Origin: a virus
Taxonomy: Duplodnaviria; Caudoviricetes
Strand: one strand, 5' to 3'
Length of the DNA: 36,758 bases
Virus record (IMG/VR): IMGVR_UViG_3300037423_001684
Coordinates: 1 to 36,758 of that record
The notes below the pieces were generated by a model. The model was given only the letters and a program-made list of their open reading frames with translations, was not told the DNA's origin and did no database searches. The position numbers and the translations under genes are program-made. Of the stretch, positions 27,847 to 35,034 are shown one piece after another (the stretch's first letter is position 1; each line of letters begins with the position of its first letter).

Positions 27847-27936
27847 ATCCGTACCCCCTAAGAGGGGGGGTACGGATGATGGGGGTCCACACCCAATGCG
27901 TACCGGATCCAGACCGCATCCGTACCCGGTACGGAT
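27847..27936. repeat. Two inverted-repeat pairs of ATCCGTACC (candidate replication origin)
   Basis: ATCCGTACCCCC-N7-GGGGGTACGGAT (27847-27877) and ATCCGTACC-C-GGTACGGAT (27918-27936), directly after the primase-helicase stop. Confidence 0.7.
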
Positions 27937-29819
27937 TAGCCCGCAAGGTGCCACTCCGGCTTGTGGTAGGTGCCTTCCTGGTTCACGACGCCTCGGTTGA
28001 CGAGATCGGCGAGAGCGGCGACGAAGTCGTTTCGACGAACCGCGCACGTTGCCCGGAACGCCTCGCTGCTGCCGCGGAACACGCCCGCCGAGCGCCGAAG
28101 CACCTCGACGATGGCCGAGCTCGCCCGTTCGATGGTGGCCTGTTCCTTCGCCTTCTGGGCGCTCTCGGCGGCCTGCTCCATCTGCTCGCCCTCCATGTGC
28201 ACCACTCGAAGGCCCCAACGCGGGTTGCCGTCGAAGGCGATGTCCTCGATCTGAAGTCCAAAGTCGGCGAGGGGGCGTCCGATCGGCGAGCGCTCGTGCT
28301 GAACGAGAATCGGGCCGCCCTTCTCCGTCGAGGTCATGACGAACGCGCATTCGGCGCCGCCAAGGATCGAGCTCGAGCCGGAGATCGCCATCTTCGCTCC
28401 GCCGATGTCGTCCTTCGACGGCTTGCGGTTGTGATGGAGCACCACGATCGTCGCACCGGTTCGGTTGCTCACCCGCGCCAGCTTGAAGAGCGCGACGCCG
28501 ATCTCCTTCGCGTTCTCGTCGAGGGCGCCCGAGAACGCACGCAGCGAGTCGATGACGACGAGCGCGAACCCCTCACATACCTGCGCGAGCTTCTCCTCGA
28601 AATCCTTGTCGTCGAGACGCGTCTCTGGGTAGTTCGAGAGCACCAAATTGCCGGAGGCGACGAGCGCCGCACCGTCGATGGCCGAGCCCCGAGCCAGGCG
28701 CTGGTAGCGCTCCCTCGCGATGTAGCTCCCAAGCTCTCCGTTGAGGTGCAGCACCCTTCCGGCTCGCGCAGGCTTGAAGACGCCCCACACCGGGGTCCCA
28801 CTCGCCACCGCCAGCGCAACGGTCATCGCGATGACGGTCTTCCCGACGTCGGCGTAGCCGTTCAGCAGCGTGATGCGTCCCGGCGCGAGGTGAAGGCCTT
28901 GGACCAGCCAAGGGTACGGCGGCAGCTCGGCGAAGATTTGCTCGGTGCTCATCAGGTTCCACGGGTCCTGCCCCTTGATGGGCTCCTGCGGGTCCCACTT
29001 CGCCGAGTAGGCGATCTTCTTGAGCTCATGCTCGTCGAGCGGCGGCTTGCAGCGCGTCTCGTTCACGGCCTTCATCGTTGGCAGCATCTCGGCGCCCGAG
29101 AGCCCACGCCGGCGCATGACGCCCGCCAGGCTCACCATGGCATCGTGGCGCCCGCCCTCGATGAAGGCGTCGGCTGCGCCAACCTCGGCGCGCGGTTTCA
29201 CCTCGGGAGGGTCGGCAAGCACGACGAGCCAGCTCGGGGCATCGGCAATGGGCGTGTCGCTGATGTCCGCACCAGCGTCGCGCATGTACCGACGCCCGGA
29301 AGCATGGATGCTCGGCGGCGCGAGCACGTAGCCGCCCATGCACTTCACGTCGACGCCAGGGCCGAGCGAGTTCGAGCGGCTCTTCACGCGCCCGCCCGAG
29401 CGGAGGAAGATGTGCTGCCCTCCGCCGCCGGTGACGTTGCGCGCGGTCTCGGGGAGCGTGCCGTGCTTCTGCTCAAGCAGCGCGAGGTTCATGTCCCCGT
29501 CGTGCCGAGGGTCGACGTCGACGACGAGCAGGTACCCGCCGCCAGGGAGATCGTTGCCGGTCGCGATGCCGATGTTCGCGTTCGGCCACCGAGCCCACCA
29601 TTCACGGATCTGCTTCTCCTCGACCGTCGCAAGAATCAGATTCCGAGCGATGCGCGGATGCTTCCCTGCAGTCTCGGCTTGCACGCAGGCATCAGTCGGC
29701 CCGCAGGCGCACTTCCCTTCGACCATCTCGAAGACAGGAAAGACCGGCATGCCCTGCGCGGCCCACCAGAGCGCAGCCTCGAGCATGGAGGAAACGCGAT
29801 TCGTTGCGACAGCCATCAT
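27936..29819 (-). CDS. Bifunctional Prim-Pol primase + PriCT + RecA-like AAA helicase
   Basis: ALWWAAQGMPVFPV, GKHP, NANIGIATG, VVDVDPRH, TGGGGQHIF, GGYVLAPPSIH; PriCT EGGRHDAM...PPL; Walker A GYADVGKT; Walker B LVVIDSL; HHNRK. Confidence 0.92.
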   Translation of the reverse strand: MMAVATNRVSSMLEAALWWAAQGMPVFPVFEMVEGKCACGPTDACVQAETAGKHPRIARNLILATVEEKQIREWWARWPNANIGIATGNDLPGGGYLLVVDVDPRHDGDMNLALLEQKHGTLPETARNVTGGGGQHIFLRSGGRVKSRSNSLGPGVDVKCMGGYVLAPPSIHASGRRYMRDAGADISDTPIADAPSWLVVLADPPEVKPRAEVGAADAFIEGGRHDAMVSLAGVMRRRGLSGAEMLPTMKAVNETRCKPPLDEHELKKIAYSAKWDPQEPIKGQDPWNLMSTEQIFAELPPYPWLVQGLHLAPGRITLLNGYADVGKTVIAMTVALAVASGTPVWGVFKPARAGRVLHLNGELGSYIARERYQRLARGSAIDGAALVASGNLVLSNYPETRLDDKDFEEKLAQVCEGFALVVIDSLRAFSGALDENAKEIGVALFKLARVSNRTGATIVVLHHNRKPSKDDIGGAKMAISGSSSILGGAECAFVMTSTEKGGPILVQHERSPIGRPLADFGLQIEDIAFDGNPRWGLRVVHMEGEQMEQAAESAQKAKEQATIERASSAIVEVLRRSAGVFRGSSEAFRATCAVRRNDFVAALADLVNRGVVNQEGTYHKPEWHLAG

Positions 29820-30223
29820 GCCCCCCGAACCTCGGCGTAAAAAGCGAGCGCGTCCTCCACAGAGAGCACGACGCGCGCAGGCACCTTCCAGCGGGCCATC
29901 ATGTCGATGAACGACTTCTGCTCTTCCGAGATCAGGCCGAACTTTGCGCGCTTGATCTCGACGAAGAACGGGCGACCGTTCGGCGTGAAGCAGAGGAGAT
30001 CGGAGCTTCCCTTGCCGAGGCCGTAGCGAATGAATCGCTGGCCCTTTCTGATTGCGCCCACGTTGTTGCGCAGCACGAGCGCGCCGGCCGTCGCGAGCGC
30101 GATCATCGTGCGCTTCTGCAGCGCGCCTTCCTTCTCGACGAGCACACGCGCGGGGAGATGATCCATCGCGAGCTGCCCCTTCCAATCCTCTCGCGGCGCC
30201 GTGGCGCGTTTTCGCTGTTGCAT
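29816..30223 (-). CDS. VRR-NUC domain nuclease
   Basis: GSSDLL...FVEIK...SEEQKSF...VVLSVEDA; start at ATG 30223 after a GAGG RBS. Confidence 0.85.
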   Translation of the reverse strand: MQQRKRATAPREDWKGQLAMDHLPARVLVEKEGALQKRTMIALATAGALVLRNNVGAIRKGQRFIRYGLGKGSSDLLCFTPNGRPFFVEIKRAKFGLISEEQKSFIDMMARWKVPARVVLSVEDALAFYAEVRGA

Positions 30224-30311
30224 TCGATCACCTCTGCGTGTCATTAACTGTCGCGGTTACGGGTACTTGCCTGAACGAACGCCATTCCACGGGCGTTCAG
30301 TACGAAGGCCG

Positions 30312-30347
30312 AAAAAAAGACCCGCCGAGGCTCGAGGCCAGGGCGGG
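30312..30347 (-). terminator. Intrinsic terminator of the cro-recombinase transcript
   Basis: CCCGCC...GGCGGG stem followed by TCTTTTTTT on the minus strand. Confidence 0.75.
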
Positions 30348-30354
30348 CAGAAGG

Positions 30355-30528
30355 TCAGATCTCGGGCGTGTCGACGATGCCGAAGCCGGCGGCGAAGAGC
30401 GCCCACAGACACGACTCGCTCAAGCCGTCGTGCGGGTAATGCTCACGCAGATGCGAACGAGCCTCCTCCAGCCACGTTGGCAAAACAGGTTGTTCCTCAG
30501 AACAAGTGTCAGGAAACAAAGTGTTCAC
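30355..30528 (-). CDS. Possible 57-aa ORF coupled to the recombinase
   Basis: GTGA overlap with the recombinase stop; MNTLFPDTCSEEQPVLPTWLEEARSHLREHYPHDGLSESCLWALFAAGFGIVDTPEI; ends just before the terminator. Confidence 0.45.
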   Translation of the reverse strand: MNTLFPDTCSEEQPVLPTWLEEARSHLREHYPHDGLSESCLWALFAAGFGIVDTPEI

Positions 30529-31955
30529 TCGTAAACTCCCGCGGAAATAGCCTCGATCGACTTCCAGACAGGGATCGGGGGCTGGTGGTTGGCGATCTTC
30601 ACCCGCTCACAGAGCAGGTTGACGAGCTGGCGTCGGATCTTCGGCGGCGCACAGCGCCAAGCCTTCTCAAGACGCTTGATCTCCCGCAGGTGCTCCCGCC
30701 GCGTCTCTGGATTGAGCGGTTTGGGTCGCCGGGCCTCTTCGGCCGCAAGCTTGAGCATCTCCGCGTCGACCTTCGCGAGCGCCGCTCGGAGTTCGTCTCG
30801 CGTCATGAGATCGTCGGCGTGAGCCTCGAGGTGACGCTCTCGCTTCCGCTGAAGCTTCTTGCGCCGCTCATCAAGGTTCGACGGCTTTGCAGACGTCATC
30901 TCGGGCTCCTTCGAGATCTCGTCTCGAAGCTCCGCGAGCCGCGTGACGACCATCGGCGCGAAGAGCGGCTCGATGTAGTCCACCCGCACGAACGCACCAG
31001 TATTGGCCTGAGGTCCGCGAGCCTGACAGGAGGCGCGGCACTTGTAGTAGTGATCGGTCTCGCGCGTTCCATATGCGGCGCCCATTCGTCCGCCACAGTG
31101 GGCGCAAATGGCGACATCGCGCAGGATCCAAGGGTCTGTACGTGCAGGACGTCCCGGCGGACGAGGGCCTCCGTAACGTCGGTTGACGACGATTTCGTTC
31201 GCCCGCGCGAACACGTCCGCATCGACGATTGGCTTATGGTGCCCCTTGATCCAGCCGGCCTTCGTCTTCACCTCACCGAGGTAGGAGCGACAATGGATCG
31301 AGCTCCAGACTCGCTTGATGCTGAGCCCGAGAGAGTCCGACACCTGGTGGAGGCTCTTGCCGGCGATCACCATCCGGAACATCTTCCGCACCTGTTCGGC
31401 CTCCTCTGGCTCGATAATGAGGATGTTCTTCTCGAGGCTCTTGGTCCCCGGCGGAAGAGCGCGGCGGTAGCCGTAGGGAGGCGTCCCCTCGACGTAGTAC
31501 CCGCGCGCGCGAAGCAGGTTGCGCGTGCCCACCATGCGCTCTTTGATCCGCTTGTGCTCCTCGCGGGCAAAAAGGACACGAAAGCCGAGCATCGTGTCGC
31601 CTTCGGGCGTGCTCGGGTCGCAGCGCTCCGACACCGAGTAGAAGCTCGCGCCCATCTCGAGCAGCTTCTTGACGCTCGTGTGGGTGAAGGCCGGATCGCG
31701 GCTCCAGCGATCGAGCTTGTCGCAGAGTACGAGATCGCCCGAGCGCACGTCGCGCATGAGCGATTGCATCTGCTCGCGGCGTTCGAACTTCTCGTGGATC
31801 GCGCTCTCGGCCTCGACGTACATCCGAGTGACGGCTAAGCCGCGGGCTTTCGCGTACGCGGTGATCGCTTCCTGTTGGTCGTGGAGGCTCGTGCCAAGGG
31901 CTTGCTCGGCTGAGGAGACGCGGGCGTATCCGAGGACTCGTTTGGGTCGGGACAT
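30525..31955 (-). CDS. Large serine recombinase (integrase)
   Basis: Catalytic YARVS (Ser14), KLDRWSRD, recombinase domain PPYGY, Zn ribbon CAHCG...YYKC, coiled coil; 476 aa. Confidence 0.93.
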   Translation of the reverse strand: MSRPKRVLGYARVSSAEQALGTSLHDQQEAITAYAKARGLAVTRMYVEAESAIHEKFERREQMQSLMRDVRSGDLVLCDKLDRWSRDPAFTHTSVKKLLEMGASFYSVSERCDPSTPEGDTMLGFRVLFAREEHKRIKERMVGTRNLLRARGYYVEGTPPYGYRRALPPGTKSLEKNILIIEPEEAEQVRKMFRMVIAGKSLHQVSDSLGLSIKRVWSSIHCRSYLGEVKTKAGWIKGHHKPIVDADVFARANEIVVNRRYGGPRPPGRPARTDPWILRDVAICAHCGGRMGAAYGTRETDHYYKCRASCQARGPQANTGAFVRVDYIEPLFAPMVVTRLAELRDEISKEPEMTSAKPSNLDERRKKLQRKRERHLEAHADDLMTRDELRAALAKVDAEMLKLAAEEARRPKPLNPETRREHLREIKRLEKAWRCAPPKIRRQLVNLLCERVKIANHQPPIPVWKSIEAISAGVYE

Positions 31956-32005
31956 TGAAGGGCCTCGAGCAGGAGCTCCGCGATCAGATCAAAACCGTTC
32001 TTCAC
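31835..32005 (-). CDS. Possible 56-aa ORF overlapping the recombinase 5' end
   Basis: GGAGG-N6-GTG; MKNGFDLIAELLLEALQCPDP...KPAA. Confidence 0.35.
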   Translation of the reverse strand: MKNGFDLIAELLLEALQCPDPNESSDTPASPQPSKPLARASTTNRKRSPRTRKPAA

Positions 32006-32174
32006 GACACACCTCCACAAACGAAGGAGAATTAAATGGTTGCACTCTGCACCTGAACGCCTTGGATGGCACAATCAGGTGAACGTCTGTGCGGGTCGTG
32101 GCACACGTCGAGATCGGAAATCGGCGCGTGTTCATCTTGGCGAGGTGAGCGCGACCGTTCATGGTGGCGCTCAT
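31989..32174 (-). CDS. Hypothetical 61-aa ORF after cro
   Basis: ATGA overlap with the cro stop; composition only weakly protein-like. Confidence 0.35.
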   Translation of the reverse strand: MSATMNGRAHLAKMNTRRFPISTCATTRTDVHLIVPSKAFRCRVQPFNSPSFVEVCREERF

Positions 32175-32446
32175 GCCGCTCGCTTCCACGGCTGCCAGTT
32201 CTTCGGCACGGGCTCTTCCCAGAGGGCGAGCGCGATCGAAAATCGTTCGAGCAGCTTCGCCGCAAGCTTTCGTCCGGGGCGCCGGTCCCCGTACAGCAGC
32301 TTGGAGATCTTCCCGGGGTCTTCCTCGAGCTCGGCAGCGAGCTTCGCGTGCGTCCACTCGCGCTTGTCGAGTTCCTTCCAGAGGACGGGAAGGGCGGCCG
32401 AAGCCGCCTCTCCGACGTCCTGCCTACGTCGTTGGGTCGCGACCAT
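32171..32446 (-). CDS. Cro-like XRE HTH regulator (91 aa)
   Basis: WTHAKLAAELEEDPGKISKLLYGDRRPG HTH; divergent from the cI-like gene. Confidence 0.85.
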   Translation of the reverse strand: MVATQRRRQDVGEAASAALPVLWKELDKREWTHAKLAAELEEDPGKISKLLYGDRRPGRKLAAKLLERFSIALALWEEPVPKNWQPWKRAA

Positions 32447-32453
32447 GAAGGAT

Positions 32454-32482
32454 ATACTACTTCCAAACGGCAATATTGGCAA
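32454..32482 (-). promoter_or_regulatory. Sigma70-type promoter of the cro operon
   Basis: TTGCCA-N17-TAGTAT, then 7 nt to the ATG. Confidence 0.75.
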
Positions 32483-32512
32483 GCGGCAAGCTATGCCGAC
32501 TGCCAATAGTGC
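32469..32512. promoter_or_regulatory. Operator sites GGCAATATTGGC (32469-32480) and GCCAATAGTGC (32502-32512)
   Basis: Palindromic core CAATATTG; matching copies at 33155-33181. Confidence 0.7.
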
Positions 32513-32528
32513 GCTACCTTTTGTCAGT

Positions 32529-33104
32529 ATGAGAGCGTCAAGAGAGCGAAAGCTGTCACCTTTGGGTGAGCGAATCGTCGCGGCGCTCGAGGCCGAGGGA
32601 CGAACGCAGACGTCGGTCGAGCGTCAGGTCTGGCGGTCCCAGGGCCAGCTCACTCGGCTCATGCACGGCGAGCGGGGGACGTCGACGCTCGACGTCGACA
32701 AGATGCGCGCGCTCGCGGACGTGCTGCACGTGCAATTCGAATGGCTTGTGCTTGGCCGCGGTCCGATGCGCCGAGACGGGCGCGAGGAACCCACGCCGGC
32801 AGAGGAAGCCATGCGCTTAGCGCGGCTTTCTGGGTGTCGCGAAGACGCGCTCCAGGAGACGTGGGAGCGCCTCAAGGAGAAGTCCAAGGAGATGACCGCC
32901 ATGGACTGGGCGCTCGCGTTTCACGCGTCAGCCCTCGTCCTAGACCGCGCAGGCGTCCCGCGACCTGAGGAGATCTCCCGCAGACAGAGCAGCATCGAGC
33001 GAACGAAACGCCAGCTCGTGAAGAAGCAAGCCGCGATTCAGGAAGCAAAGGAGTCGGCCCCCGACGAGCCCATGCGCCCACTGCGCAGACGCACGAGCGC
33101 CTAG
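32529..33104 (+). CDS. CI-like repressor (XRE HTH, no S24 peptidase domain)
   Basis: LGERIVAALEAEGRTQTSVERQV...QGQLTRLMHGE...LADVLHVQFEWLVLGRGPM; own terminator; flanked by operators. Confidence 0.85.
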   Translation: MRASRERKLSPLGERIVAALEAEGRTQTSVERQVWRSQGQLTRLMHGERGTSTLDVDKMRALADVLHVQFEWLVLGRGPMRRDGREEPTPAEEAMRLARLSGCREDALQETWERLKEKSKEMTAMDWALAFHASALVLDRAGVPRPEEISRRQSSIERTKRQLVKKQAAIQEAKESAPDEPMRPLRRRTSA

Positions 33105-33120
33105 ACTTTTTTTCGCATGT

Positions 33121-33150
33121 AACCCGGTGTCCTCAGCCGGGTTTTTCTTT
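33121..33150 (+). terminator. Intrinsic terminator after cI
   Basis: AACCCGG-N9-CCGGGTT followed by TTTCTTT. Confidence 0.8.
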
Positions 33151-33154
33151 GTCT

Positions 33155-33196
33155 GCACTATTGGCGTTTGACAATATTGGCGTTCGGAAGTATCTT
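33155..33196 (+). promoter_or_regulatory. Sigma70-type early promoter with two operators
   Basis: TTGACA(33168)-N17-TATCTT(33191), then 6 nt to the ATG; GCACTATTGGC (33155-33165) and GACAATATTGGC (33170-33181). Confidence 0.8.
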
Positions 33197-33202
33197 CCGG
33201 TC

Positions 33203-33586
33203 ATGGCTGCTGCGGGGACTCACGGCTTCCAGCGCATCTGGTTGGTGCTCTGCGACCACTCGGTGGTGGGTGTCTGGAAGACGCGACTGGAGGCCGAGCG
33301 CGCGGTCCGCCTGCGTCAGCGGCAAACGATCTCCAACGTCGTGCACTTCCTGCTCGGCCCGTTCGTGCTCCGACATGGAGCCTCTGCGGAGAAGCGCGCG
33401 CCGGAGTGGATCTCGCGCTGCTCCTGCGGCGCAACGTACCGGCGGGAGTCCGAGTGGGTCGGGCTCGCTTACGTCGGCGTCATGGACTTCGACGACGGCC
33501 TGGTGCTCGAGCTGCGCAACTGCGTTGCCTGCGGATCGACGATCTCTCGCCGCGTAAGCCTCAAGAAAGGAAGCAAGCGTCAATGA
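33203..33586 (+). CDS. Zn-binding hypothetical protein (127 aa)
   Basis: CSCG...LELRNCVACGST; first gene after the promoter. Confidence 0.7.
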   Translation: MAAAGTHGFQRIWLVLCDHSVVGVWKTRLEAERAVRLRQRQTISNVVHFLLGPFVLRHGASAEKRAPEWISRCSCGATYRRESEWVGLAYVGVMDFDDGLVLELRNCVACGSTISRRVSLKKGSKRQ

Positions 33587-33882
33587 GCTACGACAACTGG
33601 AAGGCGACAGCGCCGGAAGGCGATGACCCATACCCCCACGAATGCCCCGTCTGCACGGGCCACGAAGATGCGCTCCCGTGCTCGGAAGAGTGTGCCGATC
33701 TGATCGAGCGCTGCCGACGCGAGCGCTTGATCGAGACCTGCCGCATGGCGGCGAAGCTCGTGATCAAGGTCGCGAAGTCCTACCAGCGTGAGGGCTTCCC
33801 GAACGACCACCGCGTCAGCGCGTGCATCGATCGCGTGAACTACTACCGCGGGCGCATCCGCGATCTGCGGAGGGCGGCGTGA
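33583..33882 (+). CDS. Cys-rich hypothetical protein (99 aa)
   Basis: MSYDNWK...CPVC...CSEEC; ATGA overlap. Confidence 0.7.
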   Translation: MSYDNWKATAPEGDDPYPHECPVCTGHEDALPCSEECADLIERCRRERLIETCRMAAKLVIKVAKSYQREGFPNDHRVSACIDRVNYYRGRIRDLRRAA

Positions 33883-33913
33883 GCGACGTGATCACAAACG
33901 TTCGAGGTGGAGC

Positions 33914-34117
33914 ATGAACGAGAGGAAGACGGCTGAAGACGCGCTCAGTGAAGCGCTTCGCATCTTCATCGCGCAGGACCGAGAGCTTGTCGAGAAGGAG
34001 CGAATCATCAAGCGGCTCGGGGCGCAGCTCGACGACGCGCTAGACGAGGTTCACGCGCTGCGGGCGCAGCTGGCCGATCGCGAAGCCGCGATGGCTCGCG
34101 GGGGGATCACTGGATGA
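33914..34117 (+). CDS. Small coiled-coil protein (67 aa)
   Basis: GAGG RBS; heptad pattern; ATGA overlap with the exonuclease. Confidence 0.65.
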   Translation: MNERKTAEDALSEALRIFIAQDRELVEKERIIKRLGAQLDDALDEVHALRAQLADREAAMARGGITG

Positions 34118-35034
34118 AGACCATCAGCCACTCCGGGCTCGTGCTCGTTCGCAACTGCCTTCGGCAGTACCGGCACAGCTACATCCAGCTCCGAAAGCCG
34201 CGCTCGATCGCGCCCGCGCTGTCCTTCGGGTCGATCTGGGACAAGGCACTGACCGCCTGGCACCACGGCAAGAATCCGTTCGACCGCCTCGTGCGCGGGG
34301 ATGGCGTTCTCGCTCAGCATCCGAACGCCGTCCAGCGCGAGACGGCCCGAGCCATGCTTACCGGTTACACCACGATGTGGGCCGAGCATCCTGTCGAGAC
34401 CGTAGCGACGCAGGTCTCGTTCGACGTTCCGATCCTCCACCCCGAGACGGGTGAGGCGCATCCGGAGTACCAGTTCAACGGCGTTCTGGACGGCATCGTC
34501 CGCGTCGGTGGTCGCCTTCTCGGACTCGAGTCGAAGACGTCGAGCGAGGACATCAACCCGGGCTCGCCCTACTGGCAGCGCATCGTCACGCTCGATCCGC
34601 AGGTTTCGCTCTACGACCTGGGAGCTCGTCAGGCGGGGTTTGAGATCGAGGGCATCCTCTACGACGTCGCGCGAAAGCCCGCGCTGAAGCTCGGCAAGAC
34701 GGAGACGCCCGAGGCCTTCGGCGAGCGCTGCGCGCGCGATATCCAGGGCCGGCCCGACTACTACTACCAGCGCCAGGAGGTCGTGCGCCTCGAGTCGGAG
34801 GCCCGCGCATACCAGCAAGACCTCTGGGACTACGCCTGCATCCTGAGCGACGCCGAGCGCCTTGGCCGATGGCCGCGCAATCCAGATCGCTGCCGCCAGT
34901 TCGGTCGCGCTTGCGACTTCCTTCCCGTCTGCGTGGGGGAAGCCAGCGTCGACGACGAGATTCTCTACATGACCAGAGAGAGAGGAAAGACCGATGGGAC
35001 TACTCGACAAGATCCAGAGCGGCCGGCAGCGTAA
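34114..35034 (+). CDS. PD-(D/E)xK exonuclease, Cas4/AddB-like
   Basis: SHS...CLRQY, GVLDGI...ESKT, QVSLY, C-terminal CRQFGRACDFLPVC (1+3 Cys Fe-S staple pattern). Confidence 0.87.
   Translation: MKTISHSGLVLVRNCLRQYRHSYIQLRKPRSIAPALSFGSIWDKALTAWHHGKNPFDRLVRGDGVLAQHPNAVQRETARAMLTGYTTMWAEHPVETVATQVSFDVPILHPETGEAHPEYQFNGVLDGIVRVGGRLLGLESKTSSEDINPGSPYWQRIVTLDPQVSLYDLGARQAGFEIEGILYDVARKPALKLGKTETPEAFGERCARDIQGRPDYYYQRQEVVRLESEARAYQQDLWDYACILSDAERLGRWPRNPDRCRQFGRACDFLPVCVGEASVDDEILYMTRERGKTDGTTRQDPERPAA

Noticed and set aside
27800-27936. Mini CRISPR array, or the YPYPYP/GYGYG peptides in overlapping ORFs
   Set aside because: The repeats are inverted and irregularly spaced; the peptides are by-products of the DNA repeat.
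27936-30185. 749-aa version of the primase, suggesting an N-terminal extra domain
   Set aside because: The extension overlaps VRR-NUC out of frame and is Arg-rich; ATG 29819 gives a clean ATGA overlap.
30270-32061. CTGAAC/GTTCAG half-sites as a Myxococcus-type LexA box, or as inverted ends of an invertible segment
   Set aside because: Half-site spacing is 18 nt rather than 4, the second site matches poorly, and the 9-bp inverted match is too short to separate from chance.
32040-33104. 354-aa version of the repressor
   Set aside because: The extension is antisense to cro and crosses the promoter/operators; the HTH starts after ATG 32529.
34114-35034. Cas4 as evidence for CRISPR-Cas
   Set aside because: No repeats or other cas genes; the context is a phage recombination module.
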